DNA of 64,000 nt from Polyangiaceae bacterium (GTDB lineage: Bacteria > Myxococcota_A > Polyangia > Polyangiales > Polyangiaceae), in the NCBI GenBank assembly GCA_965222375.1, contig CBDCTZ010000016.1:3168001-3232000 (forward strand), read 5' to 3'. Each line of letters starts with the position of its first letter. Positions within the stretch are counted from its first letter, which is position 1. Below the pieces are notes generated by a model, which searched no databases, had not been told where the DNA came from, and was given only the letters and a program-made list of their open reading frames with translations. Below, in pieces: positions 47,137 to 56,444 of this stretch. The translations under genes and the position numbers were made by a program.

Positions 47137-47167
47137 GGGCGCTCCGCTGGGGTCAGTTGAGTTCATC

Positions 47168-48673
47168 ATGACGCTCTGCTCCCGCCGCGTGGCCAGTTCT
47201 GCTCTCTTGCTCTTCACCGCCTGCGCCGGATCGCCCGCGCCCAAGGCGACCGTGGCGGCGGCGCCCTCTGAGGCAGCCCCGAAGCCCGCGCCAACCAAAC
47301 AGATCGCGACGTCTCCGGCGGCATCGACGGCTTCGAAAACCTCGCAAGCCAAAGCGCCTGGGATCGAAGCGCCGGCGATCGTCTCGCCGAAGCCGCCACG
47401 ACAAGCGGCCCTGAGTCACCCCGCAGTCGTGCACAAGGTCGCGCGCATGACTCACAACGGCCAGCTGCGCGCGCGAGCGCGCCGACGCGGCCTCAACGTC
47501 GTCAACGTTGCCTGGGAAGACACGGGCCGCGCGAAGGGCTCCGCTCTCGGGCCCAACATCTCCGACCTCACCCTGCAGGTGAACTACAAGGACGCGCGCG
47601 GTCGTGAGCGCAAGAGCTTGATGCCCGTGTTGCGCTTTCCGAACTTCAGCGACCGCACCGCAGACATCAAGCGCAATCGCTTCTTCGTGCGCAGCGGCAA
47701 CCACAAGAAGTCGAAGTCACTTTCCACGGTGTCGCTGGTGAACGTGCTGCGTAACCTGCGAGGTCACATGAGCCGCCCCTGGGCGCTCAAAGGCAGTGGC
47801 AGCTTGGTAGCGGGCCGAGATACCCACTTCTTGGTATCGGCCCAGGCCGTGTTCTTGCCCGTGCCCAAGAAGGGCAAGGCCGAATTCGTTCCCGTGGTCT
47901 TCAACTATCAGTCCGCGCCCGGTTCCCCCGCGGTGCTCAGCATTCTCGCCACGCGCCAGGGCACGAGTATGAGCATCATCGAAAACCGCGATGACGACGC
48001 GCCGGCCTATGGCAACGGCCAAGAGCTGTACTTCAACAAGGCCGGCAAGCGTGCGCGCTTCACCGCCGAGCGCTTCAAGGAGGTCAAAGCCCGCATCGAC
48101 GCGCAGGGCGGCCCCAAGAATGAAGACGAGCGCAGCGCCATCTCCCGCAGTGCCGACGTGATCTTCTTGATTCAGGTTCCTTTGGTCCACAAGCAGCGGG
48201 GCTTCTTGGGCGGCTTGCCGGCCAGCGGAAATATGTGGGGCTCGGGGATTGGCTCGGCCTATGGCGCCGGCGGGTTGGGGCTCTCGGGTATCGGCGCAGG
48301 TGGCGGCGGCAAAGGCTCTGGCAGCATTGGCCTCGGGTCCGTCGGTACCCTGGGCCACGGCGCTGGCCGCGCGAAGCCCAAGAGCGACATGGACCGCGCG
48401 GTGATCGGCCACGGCGACGTGCTCGGCCTGTTCCACGAGGCCCGTGGCCTGAAGCTACAGCGGGACGCACGCTTTCCGATCCGCATCACCGTGCAGTTCT
48501 ACAAGGCGACCAGCAACGGCGTGGTCAGCGACAAAGATCTCGCCGCGATCGAAAAAAGCATCGGCAGCGTCTACGAACACGCCGACTTCGTCGGTTCCCT
48601 CGTCGTCCCCGAAGGCGATCGCAACCGCCCCACCGAGTGGCAAACCATGCAGAGTCAGTGGTTCCCTTGGTGA
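47168..48673 (+). CDS. Hypothetical lipoprotein with inserted Gly-rich motif
   Basis: Lipobox 'FTAC'; 'WEDTGR..GS..GPNISD.TLQV'; 'PIRITVQFYKATSNG'; internal 'GNMWG...GAGGLGLSGIGAGGGG'. Confidence 0.78.
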   Translation: MTLCSRRVASSALLLFTACAGSPAPKATVAAAPSEAAPKPAPTKQIATSPAASTASKTSQAKAPGIEAPAIVSPKPPRQAALSHPAVVHKVARMTHNGQLRARARRRGLNVVNVAWEDTGRAKGSALGPNISDLTLQVNYKDARGRERKSLMPVLRFPNFSDRTADIKRNRFFVRSGNHKKSKSLSTVSLVNVLRNLRGHMSRPWALKGSGSLVAGRDTHFLVSAQAVFLPVPKKGKAEFVPVVFNYQSAPGSPAVLSILATRQGTSMSIIENRDDDAPAYGNGQELYFNKAGKRARFTAERFKEVKARIDAQGGPKNEDERSAISRSADVIFLIQVPLVHKQRGFLGGLPASGNMWGSGIGSAYGAGGLGLSGIGAGGGGKGSGSIGLGSVGTLGHGAGRAKPKSDMDRAVIGHGDVLGLFHEARGLKLQRDARFPIRITVQFYKATSNGVVSDKDLAAIEKSIGSVYEHADFVGSLVVPEGDRNRPTEWQTMQSQWFPW

Positions 48674-48874
48674 GCGCGCAGGTCGCTAGGGAGCAACCAG
48701 TACCGGAAGCTGTCGCGCCTTGTGGTTCTGCAAGCGAGTCGCTAGGGAGCAACCAGTACCGGAAGCTGTCGCGAGGACGGCATTGCCTGCGGCTGCGACG
48801 TGATGCTGGTCAGATCGACGCGGGCGTGACTCGGGGCATGGGGGTCGCGGCCGCTGAGGCGGTTGGTGGTTTCT
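48611..48874. repeat. Left 264-bp direct repeat of genomic islet
   Basis: 11 mismatches (manual count) to 52476-52739; contains the true 3' end of gene 47168-48673 and an orphan copy of the radical SAM gene 3' end. Confidence 0.95.
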
Positions 48875-48961
48875 ACTCTCTCCGACATGGCATTGAGTGG
48901 TGTTCGTTCACCGCTCTCCGGGTCGCAGAGGTGCCTGTCGAGTGGCGCGCATTGTGGCTCT

Positions 48962-49435
48962 TCAGGGTTTGCAGCGCGGCTTAGGCGAGCCATCTGGCAG
49001 CCAGGGCTCGTCTGCACAGTGCTCGAAGCCAGCGCCGGGCTGAGTCAACCAAGAACCAGCCGAGCCGGGTGGCAGGAGGTACGCGCTGGCGTCCGGCTCG
49101 GTTCCGCGGAGGCAGAACTCGTTCAAGATGAACAGCAACTCCGGCCCGCAGCCAAGATGAACCGACTTGTTCTCGACACAGCTTGGCCCGATGGGCGAGC
49201 CGATCACTGGGCGGCACCCGGCTGGACAAACCGCTACGGAGGTTGGGCACGGGCCCGCGTCCGAGTCTTCGGTTGGTGAAACAGCACCCCCGCAGGCCGC
49301 GGACAGCGCGATCAAACCCAAGGCCAAGTCGGCTCGCCCCCGTGACCCCTGCCGGGACGAACCCTGTTCGTGGGCTCGCGAAGGCTGGTTGACCCGCTGA
49401 ATCCCGTGCCCACTTGGAAAAGTTCCCTTCGTCAA
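48962..49435 (-). CDS. Small 8-Cys lipoprotein, paralog 2 (start uncertain)
   Basis: Lipobox 'SAAC'; aligns end to end with 49474-49869 (CPT, C.RGT.PDA.AY, WLTQP..GFE.C, LP.G.PKP.C); only TTG starts available. Confidence 0.72.
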   Translation of the reverse strand: MTKGTFPSGHGIQRVNQPSRAHEQGSSRQGSRGRADLALGLIALSAACGGAVSPTEDSDAGPCPTSVAVCPAGCRPVIGSPIGPSCVENKSVHLGCGPELLFILNEFCLRGTEPDASAYLLPPGSAGSWLTQPGAGFEHCADEPWLPDGSPKPRCKP

Positions 49436-49473
49436 AACTACGCCTGGCGACTGATCTTGTGCACTTGCGCTCC

Positions 49474-49869
49474 TCACGGGTCGCACACGGGCTTGGGCGT
49501 GCCATTGGGCAACATGCGCTCGTCGGCCGTGCACGGCTCAAAGCCACCGTCGGGTTGCGTGAGCCAGGTGCCCCAGCTTCCGGATGGCACGATGTACGCC
49601 CCCGCGTCCGGTGTGGTGCCGCGGACACAGACTTCGTCCATTGTGATGATCGTTTTGGGTGCACAGCCGATAACGCTTCCGCCCTTCTCGATGCACGTCG
49701 GCCGAACAAGCGAAGCGGAAACCACTTGGCAGCTGTCAGGGCAGGTATTCGCAATGGTCGGGCAAGACGGCGAATTCCCAGCGTCGGGCTGCTCGGTTGG
49801 TTCGGAAGAGCTGGCGCAGCCAGCAGTCAGCAGCAGCGTGGTGACTAGTCCGAGCGTTGTAGCGCGCAT
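49474..49869 (-). CDS. Small 8-Cys lipoprotein, paralog 1
   Basis: 'MRATTLGLVTTLLLTAGC' lipoprotein signal; ATG 11 nt after the protease stop, GAGG RBS. Confidence 0.82.
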   Translation of the reverse strand: MRATTLGLVTTLLLTAGCASSSEPTEQPDAGNSPSCPTIANTCPDSCQVVSASLVRPTCIEKGGSVIGCAPKTIITMDEVCVRGTTPDAGAYIVPSGSWGTWLTQPDGGFEPCTADERMLPNGTPKPVCDP

Positions 49870-49880
49870 GGCATTGTCCC

Positions 49881-52068
49881 TCAGTGGAAGGTCCATCCGG
49901 TCGGATCCGAGTGGAAGAAGTCACCGGAATACATGGTGTAGCTGCCCCACATGCTGTACGGGATGACGACCAATTGAAGTCGTCGTCCCCAAATCTCCGC
50001 ATCACGCAACTGAATGCGCTTCGTCAGCGAGTGAGACGTGTCCTGCCGGATCACCTGGCCGGTGTCCAGGTCCTTCACCTGAATCCCAACATGCGGAGTC
50101 CATGTCAGGTCCGGGTCTTCGTAGAACAATACCCAGTTGTACTGCCGAACGCTGCTGGGCATGGGCTGACAGCCGTTCACGCAACCGTAGGCAGTGACGT
50201 TCGGCTGGAGTGTGAACGGGCTCTGTCCCCACCAGCTCGGTCCGGTCGCCCAGCCTGGCGCGGGCACGGTGATGTGAGGTCTGCCGTATCCCCAGGTGTA
50301 GCCTGTACCAAACAGCCGATCTTGAGTCGGACCATCGCCGGCGTCGCCCATCAACGACATGTTCAGTCGAAGCGTACGGGCATTCTGCGGCCACCCGATG
50401 GTGCGAAAGCCGTCGAGCACGCGCGCCGCGCCGCCCGCCACTGCCGGGGCGGACACGGACGTGCCGTAGAAACGCGTGTTGGCCGAGTTTGCGTACCAAT
50501 CCAATGCGCTGGCCCCAGTGAAGTTGACCACGTACGGCCCGAGCAAATCCAGGACGGTGTCGTAGCCGAGGCTACCCGTCGCCATGTGGATGATCATTTT
50601 GCCCCCGCTGCTATTGATGTGAAGCGAGGTGGAGTTGAAATCTGCCAGGCGATTCCAGGTGTCTAGCCCCCCGACGGTCAAGACCTCGGGGCGCATTTGA
50701 GGATAGCCAACCTTGCACGTGCCGTCCCAGGGCGTGTTCCCAGCGGCACCAACTATCAGCACGCCCTGATCGGTCGCACTTCGGATGGCCGAGTTGAGGG
50801 CGCCACAATCGTGGTTTCGATCACAAGCACCGCTGTAGAAGTAGCCTACTGACATGTTCACGATGTCGGTGCCTTGCGCCACTGCATCCTGCAAGGCTAG
50901 CCGAGCTGCGTCGCAACCAGCCGCTACATCGTAGGCCAAAATGTGAGCCCCGTACGCTCGGGATCCGCTACGCACGTCACCCATGATCCAGGAACAGTTG
51001 GGGTCTCGTCCGGACTCGACGTTGCCCAGCGCCCACTGGGTGACTGGATTGGCGTGGTTCAACGCGCCAGGCGTCGAAGTAAAGGTGCAGGACGAGTTCG
51101 AGCAAACCTTGGCAAAGAGAAAGCGATCCCCAGGAGGGCTGGAAGGGGCGAAGCGGAATGCGTGATGTGCCTTTACCGCGATACCGCTATCCAGTATGGC
51201 CACACGAACTCGACCTCCTGCACGCCCGCCCGTGTCGCCACTGTAGTACGTTGTCAGCAAGTTCTCGCGTGTTCCAATGCGCCAGGACTGTCCGCCGATC
51301 CCCAAGTTGTTTCCCGGAAGCGCCGCGTAGCACTTGTCCTGATCCGCGAATTCGATCACCGCCCCGTCGTTCAGCGACGCACGCAAGACCTCGGGCAGCT
51401 TGATGAGGGTCGTCAAGGCCGCAGCGGATCCACGCACGGCAATGCTGCGATTCAACCAGGCCGCTCCGAATGTGCTGGCCCCGGCCGCACTGGCTTTGCT
51501 CGTGAACGCATCAAAGCTAGGTTGGAGCGACGCGGTGTAGGCGGAGATTTCCGCGCCGCGCTGCGCGTCCAGGTTGGATAAGCGCGGAAGCGGCGGACCA
51601 TCCAGTTCGACGACAACCTGAAGCTCGGAACTTTGCGCCGACGCTGCCAGGGCGTCGAGCACACGTGATTTTCCGTCGTCCACGGAATGGGCCTCTGCGG
51701 GCGCTTGAGTGGGACTGGCGCTGCTGTTCGCCGAGGCCAACTCGGCCTCGCTCGTCGGCGCGAATGTCCAGCGGGATTCTCCCGCGGCGTCGCGTCGCGT
51801 TCCCGTCGCGTCTTCATGGACGGACCGCGTTAGGTACTGAACGTCGGCTTCGGTCAGCTGCGTTTCGTCGGGTGGAACCACAAGCTGTTGTGAAGAGGCA
51901 CGTGTCTCGCCCGAGTCAGTGGCTTGACAGCCGTAGCAGCCAACCGAGATCACGAGCGCGCAGGCGAGTCGAGAGGCGATTCGACGGCTCTGGCTGTCTG
52001 GTTGTTTGGTTGTTTGGTTGTTTGGTTGTTTGGTTGTTTGGTTGTTTGGTTGTTTGGTTGTTTGGCAT
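49881..52068 (-). CDS. S8 (subtilisin-like) serine protease lipoprotein; frameshifted at 5' octamer repeat (predicted phase-variable, OFF)
   Basis: 'VAILDSGI' (D), 'NHANPV' (H), 'AAGN' (oxyanion N), 'GTSVSAPAVAG' (S); I9-like prodomain; RBS-preceded ATG 52068 is out of frame with 8 repeat units. Confidence 0.85.
51999..52062 (-). repeat. Simple sequence repeat (AACAACCA)8
   Basis: Eight perfect TGGTTGTT units on the + strand, adjacent to codon 2 of the protease; degenerate unit at 51991-51998. Confidence 0.97.
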
Positions 52069-52475
52069 GTGTCTACCTTGGTGAGAAGGTACAATGAGCC
52101 GTGCGGTCAAAATGGCTTGCGCCTGAGGCCGACGCAAGGGCGTGCCGACCGGGAGGTTGTATATGGCTGACACAACTACCCGAAAGCGTTGGCTTGGTTG
52201 GCGGTTGCCTTTCGCCGACAGGGTGTTGTTCGATGTGACGGATGTCAGGTGGGTTCGTCGCACGACCGGCCCTCGGTTGCCCCGCGACGGAAATGGAACG
52301 GGCCCGTTCGGAGGCGTCGGCAAGGCTGCGCCGCGGGCCCACGGCACTCGGTGTCGTCGCGGTTGTGACGGAGGCGGTCGTGACGGCCGGGGAACTGCGG
52401 CGCGCAGGCGCCGAGGCCGTGATCCGCATCGACATCATCCCGGAAGCGAAGTCGCTGCGATCCCACCCGCAACGT

Positions 52476-52739
52476 GAAGGCGATCGCAACCGCCCCACCG
52501 AGTGGCAAACCATGCAGAGTCAGTGGTTCCCTTGGTGAGCGCGCAGGTCGCTAGGGAGCAACCAGTACCGGAAGCCGTCGCGCCTTGTGGCTCTGCAAGC
52601 GAGTCGCTAGGGAGCAACGAGTACCGGAAGCTGTCGCGAGGACGGCATTGCCTGGGGCTGCGACGTGACGCTGGTTAAATCGACGCGGGCCTGACTGGGC
52701 GCGTGGGGGTCGCGGCCGCTGAGGCGGTTGGTGGTTTCT
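52476..52739. repeat. Right 264-bp direct repeat of genomic islet
   Basis: Contains an orphan copy of 'EGDRNRPTEWQTMQSQWFPW*' and the true 3' end of the radical SAM gene. Confidence 0.95.
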
Positions 52740-54448
52740 CGGAAATGCATGGCCAGGTCGTCTGCCAGCGCTCCGAACAACCCTGCCGAGAGACCGCCTT
52801 GGAGCCGGAAAGCATCCTGAGTCGTCTGGGGCCGCCCGCCGGTGCGATGCTCGGTACGTAGCAGCCCCGGTTGCTGCAATAGCCTCAGTTTGCGCAAGCC
52901 CCAGGAGCCCAGATACATCGCTGGAGCACCGGCTGCGAGAGCACGCTCGGTAGCGGTGGGCTCGCCGGTCCACTTGATCAGGTCTCGCCTGAGCGCGATC
53001 ACCTGCTCCCGCACCTGGGGGCTCGGGGGAAAGGCGACGGTTGCGGATATCAGTGGAAGCACGCTGCGGGCGTCTCGACGCAGTCGCTCCGCACGCTGTC
53101 GCAACAAGGGGCTGTCGTCGGAGCGCAGGTTCTTGAATCCCTCCAGCCACACTCGGGCCAGTCGCAACGGACTGGGTCCGAGGCGCTGGAAGTCGGTGCG
53201 GTAGATCGCGCGCTGCAATTCCTCGATCTTCTCCGGGTTCGCGAAGCGCGGGTGCTTGAAGTGCATCGAAAAGCCGTCCCAGCGGCGCAGATCTGGCGAC
53301 CCTTGGTAGTGGTCTCGATAGCGGTCTTCTTTGATCACCTGCTCGTGAAAGGGCGTTCCCGGGAAGGCGAAGTAGATCAGGCACTGCACCAGCGCCGGCT
53401 CGAGAGCCATCAACGCTTCGAACTCGCGCCACACCGTGGCCTCGTCCTGGTAAGGGAAGCCGATGATCATACTGGTCAGCGTTCCGCAGCCCACGGATTT
53501 GAGTTCGCGATACAGCTCCGGCAGAGGCTTGCCGCGTTGCTTCGTGTAGCCGGACTCGGCGCCCTCGAAGGCATTCCAGATCAGATCGAAGCCCATCTCC
53601 GCGACTTCCCGGGCTGTGAACTGGGACAGCCCGCGGACGCTACCGAAACCCATGATCGACAGCGCTTGCCCGCCCTCCCGAACACACTCCAAGAACTCCA
53701 TCGCGCGCCGGCGGTGCAAGAAGAAGTCTTCGTCGATCACGATGTACCCGCTCATCTCCTGGCCCTCTTCTTGGCAGCGAGACCGGGTCGCCATCATGGT
53801 TTCATACAGGTCGCGCCCGCCGTGGGAGAAGGGTACGTACTTCTGTTTGAAGAAGTGGGACGTGCAGCAGAAGTCACACCCGCTGGAGCAACCTAGGCCC
53901 GCCGTGACGTGGCCAACGACGGTCGGGATCTGGAAGTCGAGAATACGAGCGCTCGGAATCGGTGCGTGGGGGTGACGGATGGGCGTGTCGAGGGCTTCGC
54001 CCAGCTCGCGACGAAGATAACGCACGCCTTCTTCACGGCACACTCCGTCGCTGAAGGGAGCGAGCACTGGATCGGGCAGCACTGTGCCGTAGCCGCCCAA
54101 GATGATCTTGGCGCTCGGCGCGTGTTTCCGGATCAGTGCGACCATCTGGCGCACCTTGTGAAACGTAGCGACGACGAAGTTGATCCCGATGTGCGTGTAG
54201 TTCTCGCGCTGAAGTTCACGGATGAACTCCCGCTCGGATGGGTAGTGCAGCGTCACCGTGGGCGTTTGAACGTTCTCCGCGAGGTAATCCAAGGCCCAAA
54301 CTCGAATCACTTGGCGCAGACTGAACGGACCCTGCGCTCGGGTGACCTGCGCGTGGAACAACTCGGCCCCGACCGAGTCGCCCTCCCCAGGTCCGCCAAA
54401 GGGACGAATGACGCTCGTGAGCAGCAGCCTGTGTGGTGACGTTTGCAT
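52607..54448 (-). CDS. Cobalamin-binding radical SAM protein
   Basis: CxxxCxxC 'CSSGCDFC'; N-terminal B12-binding-like region 'HIGINF...KIILGGYG'; 'IDEDF', 'SMIIGFP', 'FPGTPF'. Confidence 0.9.
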   Translation of the reverse strand: MQTSPHRLLLTSVIRPFGGPGEGDSVGAELFHAQVTRAQGPFSLRQVIRVWALDYLAENVQTPTVTLHYPSEREFIRELQRENYTHIGINFVVATFHKVRQMVALIRKHAPSAKIILGGYGTVLPDPVLAPFSDGVCREEGVRYLRRELGEALDTPIRHPHAPIPSARILDFQIPTVVGHVTAGLGCSSGCDFCCTSHFFKQKYVPFSHGGRDLYETMMATRSRCQEEGQEMSGYIVIDEDFFLHRRRAMEFLECVREGGQALSIMGFGSVRGLSQFTAREVAEMGFDLIWNAFEGAESGYTKQRGKPLPELYRELKSVGCGTLTSMIIGFPYQDEATVWREFEALMALEPALVQCLIYFAFPGTPFHEQVIKEDRYRDHYQGSPDLRRWDGFSMHFKHPRFANPEKIEELQRAIYRTDFQRLGPSPLRLARVWLEGFKNLRSDDSPLLRQRAERLRRDARSVLPLISATVAFPPSPQVREQVIALRRDLIKWTGEPTATERALAAGAPAMYLGSWGLRKLRLLQQPGLLRTEHRTGGRPQTTQDAFRLQGGLSAGLFGALADDLAMHFRETTNRLSGRDPHAPSQARVDLTSVTSQPQAMPSSRQLPVLVAP

Positions 54449-54523
54449 CCGCGCAGCCTAGACGCGCTCGCTTTGCCCGCGTGTCACGTGCGGCAACGTT
54501 GCGGTCACGATTCCGCCAGCACT

Positions 54524-54537
54524 TTGATGGGCGTCAA
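54524..54537. promoter_or_regulatory. FNR/CRP-family binding-site candidate
   Basis: TTGAT-GGGC-GTCAA (FNR consensus TTGAT-N4-ATCAA), about 75 bp upstream of the radical SAM start. Confidence 0.5.
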
Positions 54538-54703
54538 GAAGTGACGTGAGCTAGTTCAACACGCGGGCGCGCGCCCAGCGTGAGTGCAGCAGCGCGCACA
54601 GAAGCGGGCTCTCGAGCGAGGAACGCACCGCTCGGGCCAGTTCGAGAGTAGTGCCGCAGCGCCGCCACGCGTCCGCGACCCCAACCCAACCAAGATCATC
54701 GAC

Positions 54704-56410
54704 TCAAGCGTGGAAGGCTTTGCGGAAGACTTCGCGCTGCTTGCGCGTGCCGATCAGGACCAATTCGAGCTCCGAGTCGAAGACGGTCGACTTCGCGAGT
54801 TTGCAGTTGGTGCGGCCCTGTTTGCGGGTGCCGATGACGCCCAGGCCGGTTTGATCCGTGATGGCGGCGCCTTCAAGGGTGACGCCGTGCAGCGCCACGG
54901 GAGTCTGTACGACGAATACATCGACCTCTTCCCCAACCACGACGACTTGGTCCAGCAGGTAGCCGAGCAGGAGTTTGGCGCCGAGGGAGCTCTCGGACAG
55001 CACGAAGTTGGCGCCGGCGCGATGCACGGATTCGAGGTTGTGCTCGTGAGTGATGCGGCTGACGATGTGGCAGTTCGGGTTGAGGCGTCGGGCGTAGAGG
55101 GTGAGGAAGATGTTCGTCGCGTCATCATGGGTGGAGAGCACCACGGACGGCGTGGTCTCGATACCTGCCTCGCGCATGATGTTGATGTCGGCCCCGCTGC
55201 CAACGACGACTCGGTCTGCGATGGTCCCCAGGAGTGGTTTGAGGGTCTCGTCCTGCTCGATCACATTGACCCGGACGCCCTGAGCTTTGAGGGCGCGGAC
55301 GGCGGCTCGCCCGACAACGCCGCCGCCGATGACCAACGCAGGCTCGGTGAGGGGTTCGATGTGAGAGAAGGACTCGTTCAACGCCTCGAATTGCTCGTCG
55401 GTTCCCATCAATACGATCACGGAATCGTCGGTCAGTCGAACGTCCGCGCGCGCCACCACCAGGTTGCCCTTTTCCCACGAGGCCACCACGGTCAAGCCGG
55501 TGCGCTGCCGCAGCTCGGTTTCGGCCAGGGTCTGGCCGGCGAGCCCCGAGCGACGTACCGGCAGTTCCGAGATCGTCAGATCGCCGAAGTTGCCGATGGG
55601 GTGCGCGGCGAGCACGCCGGCGTTGGCGTGGGCTGCCAAGTTTTCTCCCAAGCGACGCTTGAGTGCGATGACATGGTCCGCGCCACTCAGCTCCAGGACG
55701 TCGATGGCGTCTTTGTGGACGACGATTGCAGCGACGGGGATCTTCTTGGAGATCTCGCGCACGGTCAGCGTGATGCTCGTGTTCTGTGCGTCGGAACGGT
55801 TGGCTACCACGAGCTTGGCATTTTGGACGCGTGCTGCCCTCCAGGTTTCAACCCGTTCGGGGCTGCCCACCATGACGTTGATGCCGTCCAAGTGGTGCGC
55901 CACCGCCTCTTTCGGATCTGGCTCGATCAGCACGTAGCTGACGCCCTGGGCCTTGAATCGAACGATCAGCGCTTGGGCCACGGGATCCATCCCGCAGATG
56001 ATGGTGTGCCCCTCGGTTTCGGGCGGCACTTCTCGCGGCGCCTTCAACTTGAGTTGGGCCTCCATCCACGGTGCGTAGAAATGACGGATGAAGGAAAAGG
56101 GCAAAACGATGAGTAGGAGCACCACCCCTGTGAGCAGGACGATCAGGCTGAAGGCGCGCCCAGTGTCGGTGTGAAATGTGATGTCCCCGAAGCCGAGGGT
56201 GCTCATGACCGTGAGGGTCCAGTACACGCCTGTGAGCCAGCTGTGGTCCTGGCCTTCGAGCAGCATGAGCATGTGGAAGAGCACGCTGTAGACCGCAACG
56301 AAGACGACCAAGATCACGAAGATCTTGCCGAGGGCCCAGATGTTCTGGCGCATGTCGCGATCCTTGAGGATCGCCATCATCTGCGAGGTCAGGAACTTCA
56401 CGCTGCCCAC
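54704..56410 (-). CDS. Potassium channel family protein with tandem TrkA_N/TrkA_C (RCK) domains
   Basis: Pore motif 'TVMSTLGFGDI', two TM helices, 'VIGGGVVG' Rossmann motif. Confidence 0.92.
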   Translation of the reverse strand: MGSVKFLTSQMMAILKDRDMRQNIWALGKIFVILVVFVAVYSVLFHMLMLLEGQDHSWLTGVYWTLTVMSTLGFGDITFHTDTGRAFSLIVLLTGVVLLLIVLPFSFIRHFYAPWMEAQLKLKAPREVPPETEGHTIICGMDPVAQALIVRFKAQGVSYVLIEPDPKEAVAHHLDGINVMVGSPERVETWRAARVQNAKLVVANRSDAQNTSITLTVREISKKIPVAAIVVHKDAIDVLELSGADHVIALKRRLGENLAAHANAGVLAAHPIGNFGDLTISELPVRRSGLAGQTLAETELRQRTGLTVVASWEKGNLVVARADVRLTDDSVIVLMGTDEQFEALNESFSHIEPLTEPALVIGGGVVGRAAVRALKAQGVRVNVIEQDETLKPLLGTIADRVVVGSGADINIMREAGIETTPSVVLSTHDDATNIFLTLYARRLNPNCHIVSRITHEHNLESVHRAGANFVLSESSLGAKLLLGYLLDQVVVVGEEVDVFVVQTPVALHGVTLEGAAITDQTGLGVIGTRKQGRTNCKLAKSTVFDSELELVLIGTRKQREVFRKAFHA

Positions 56411-56444
56411 GCTATATCAGGACCAAAAGCTTCGCCAGTTCGTG

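Larger units (their letters stand above)
48611..52739. mobile_element. Direct-repeat-bounded genomic islet (no integrase seen)
   Basis: About 3.6 kb of unique cargo (S8 protease + two lipoproteins) between duplicated junctions of two convergent genes. Confidence 0.75.

Noticed and set aside
48682..48773. CRISPR-like 36-bp repeats (also 52547-52638)
   Set aside because: The spacer is only 20 bp, is nearly identical in both places, and the repeat is the 3' end of the radical SAM gene.
52069..52094. TTG 52094 as the protease start
   Set aside because: No clear RBS and it gives an implausible N-terminus; the RBS-preceded ATG 52068 yields a clean signal peptide once repeat number is a multiple of three. 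Disfavoured, not excluded.
52242..52538. 98-aa gene ending in QWFPW
   Set aside because: Chimera of unknown sequence and the duplicated 3' end of gene 47168-48673; no evidence it is a real gene. The same applies to ORF 48742-49017.
54584..56116. 510-aa plus-strand ORF
   Set aside because: Antisense shadow of the potassium channel gene; no motifs.
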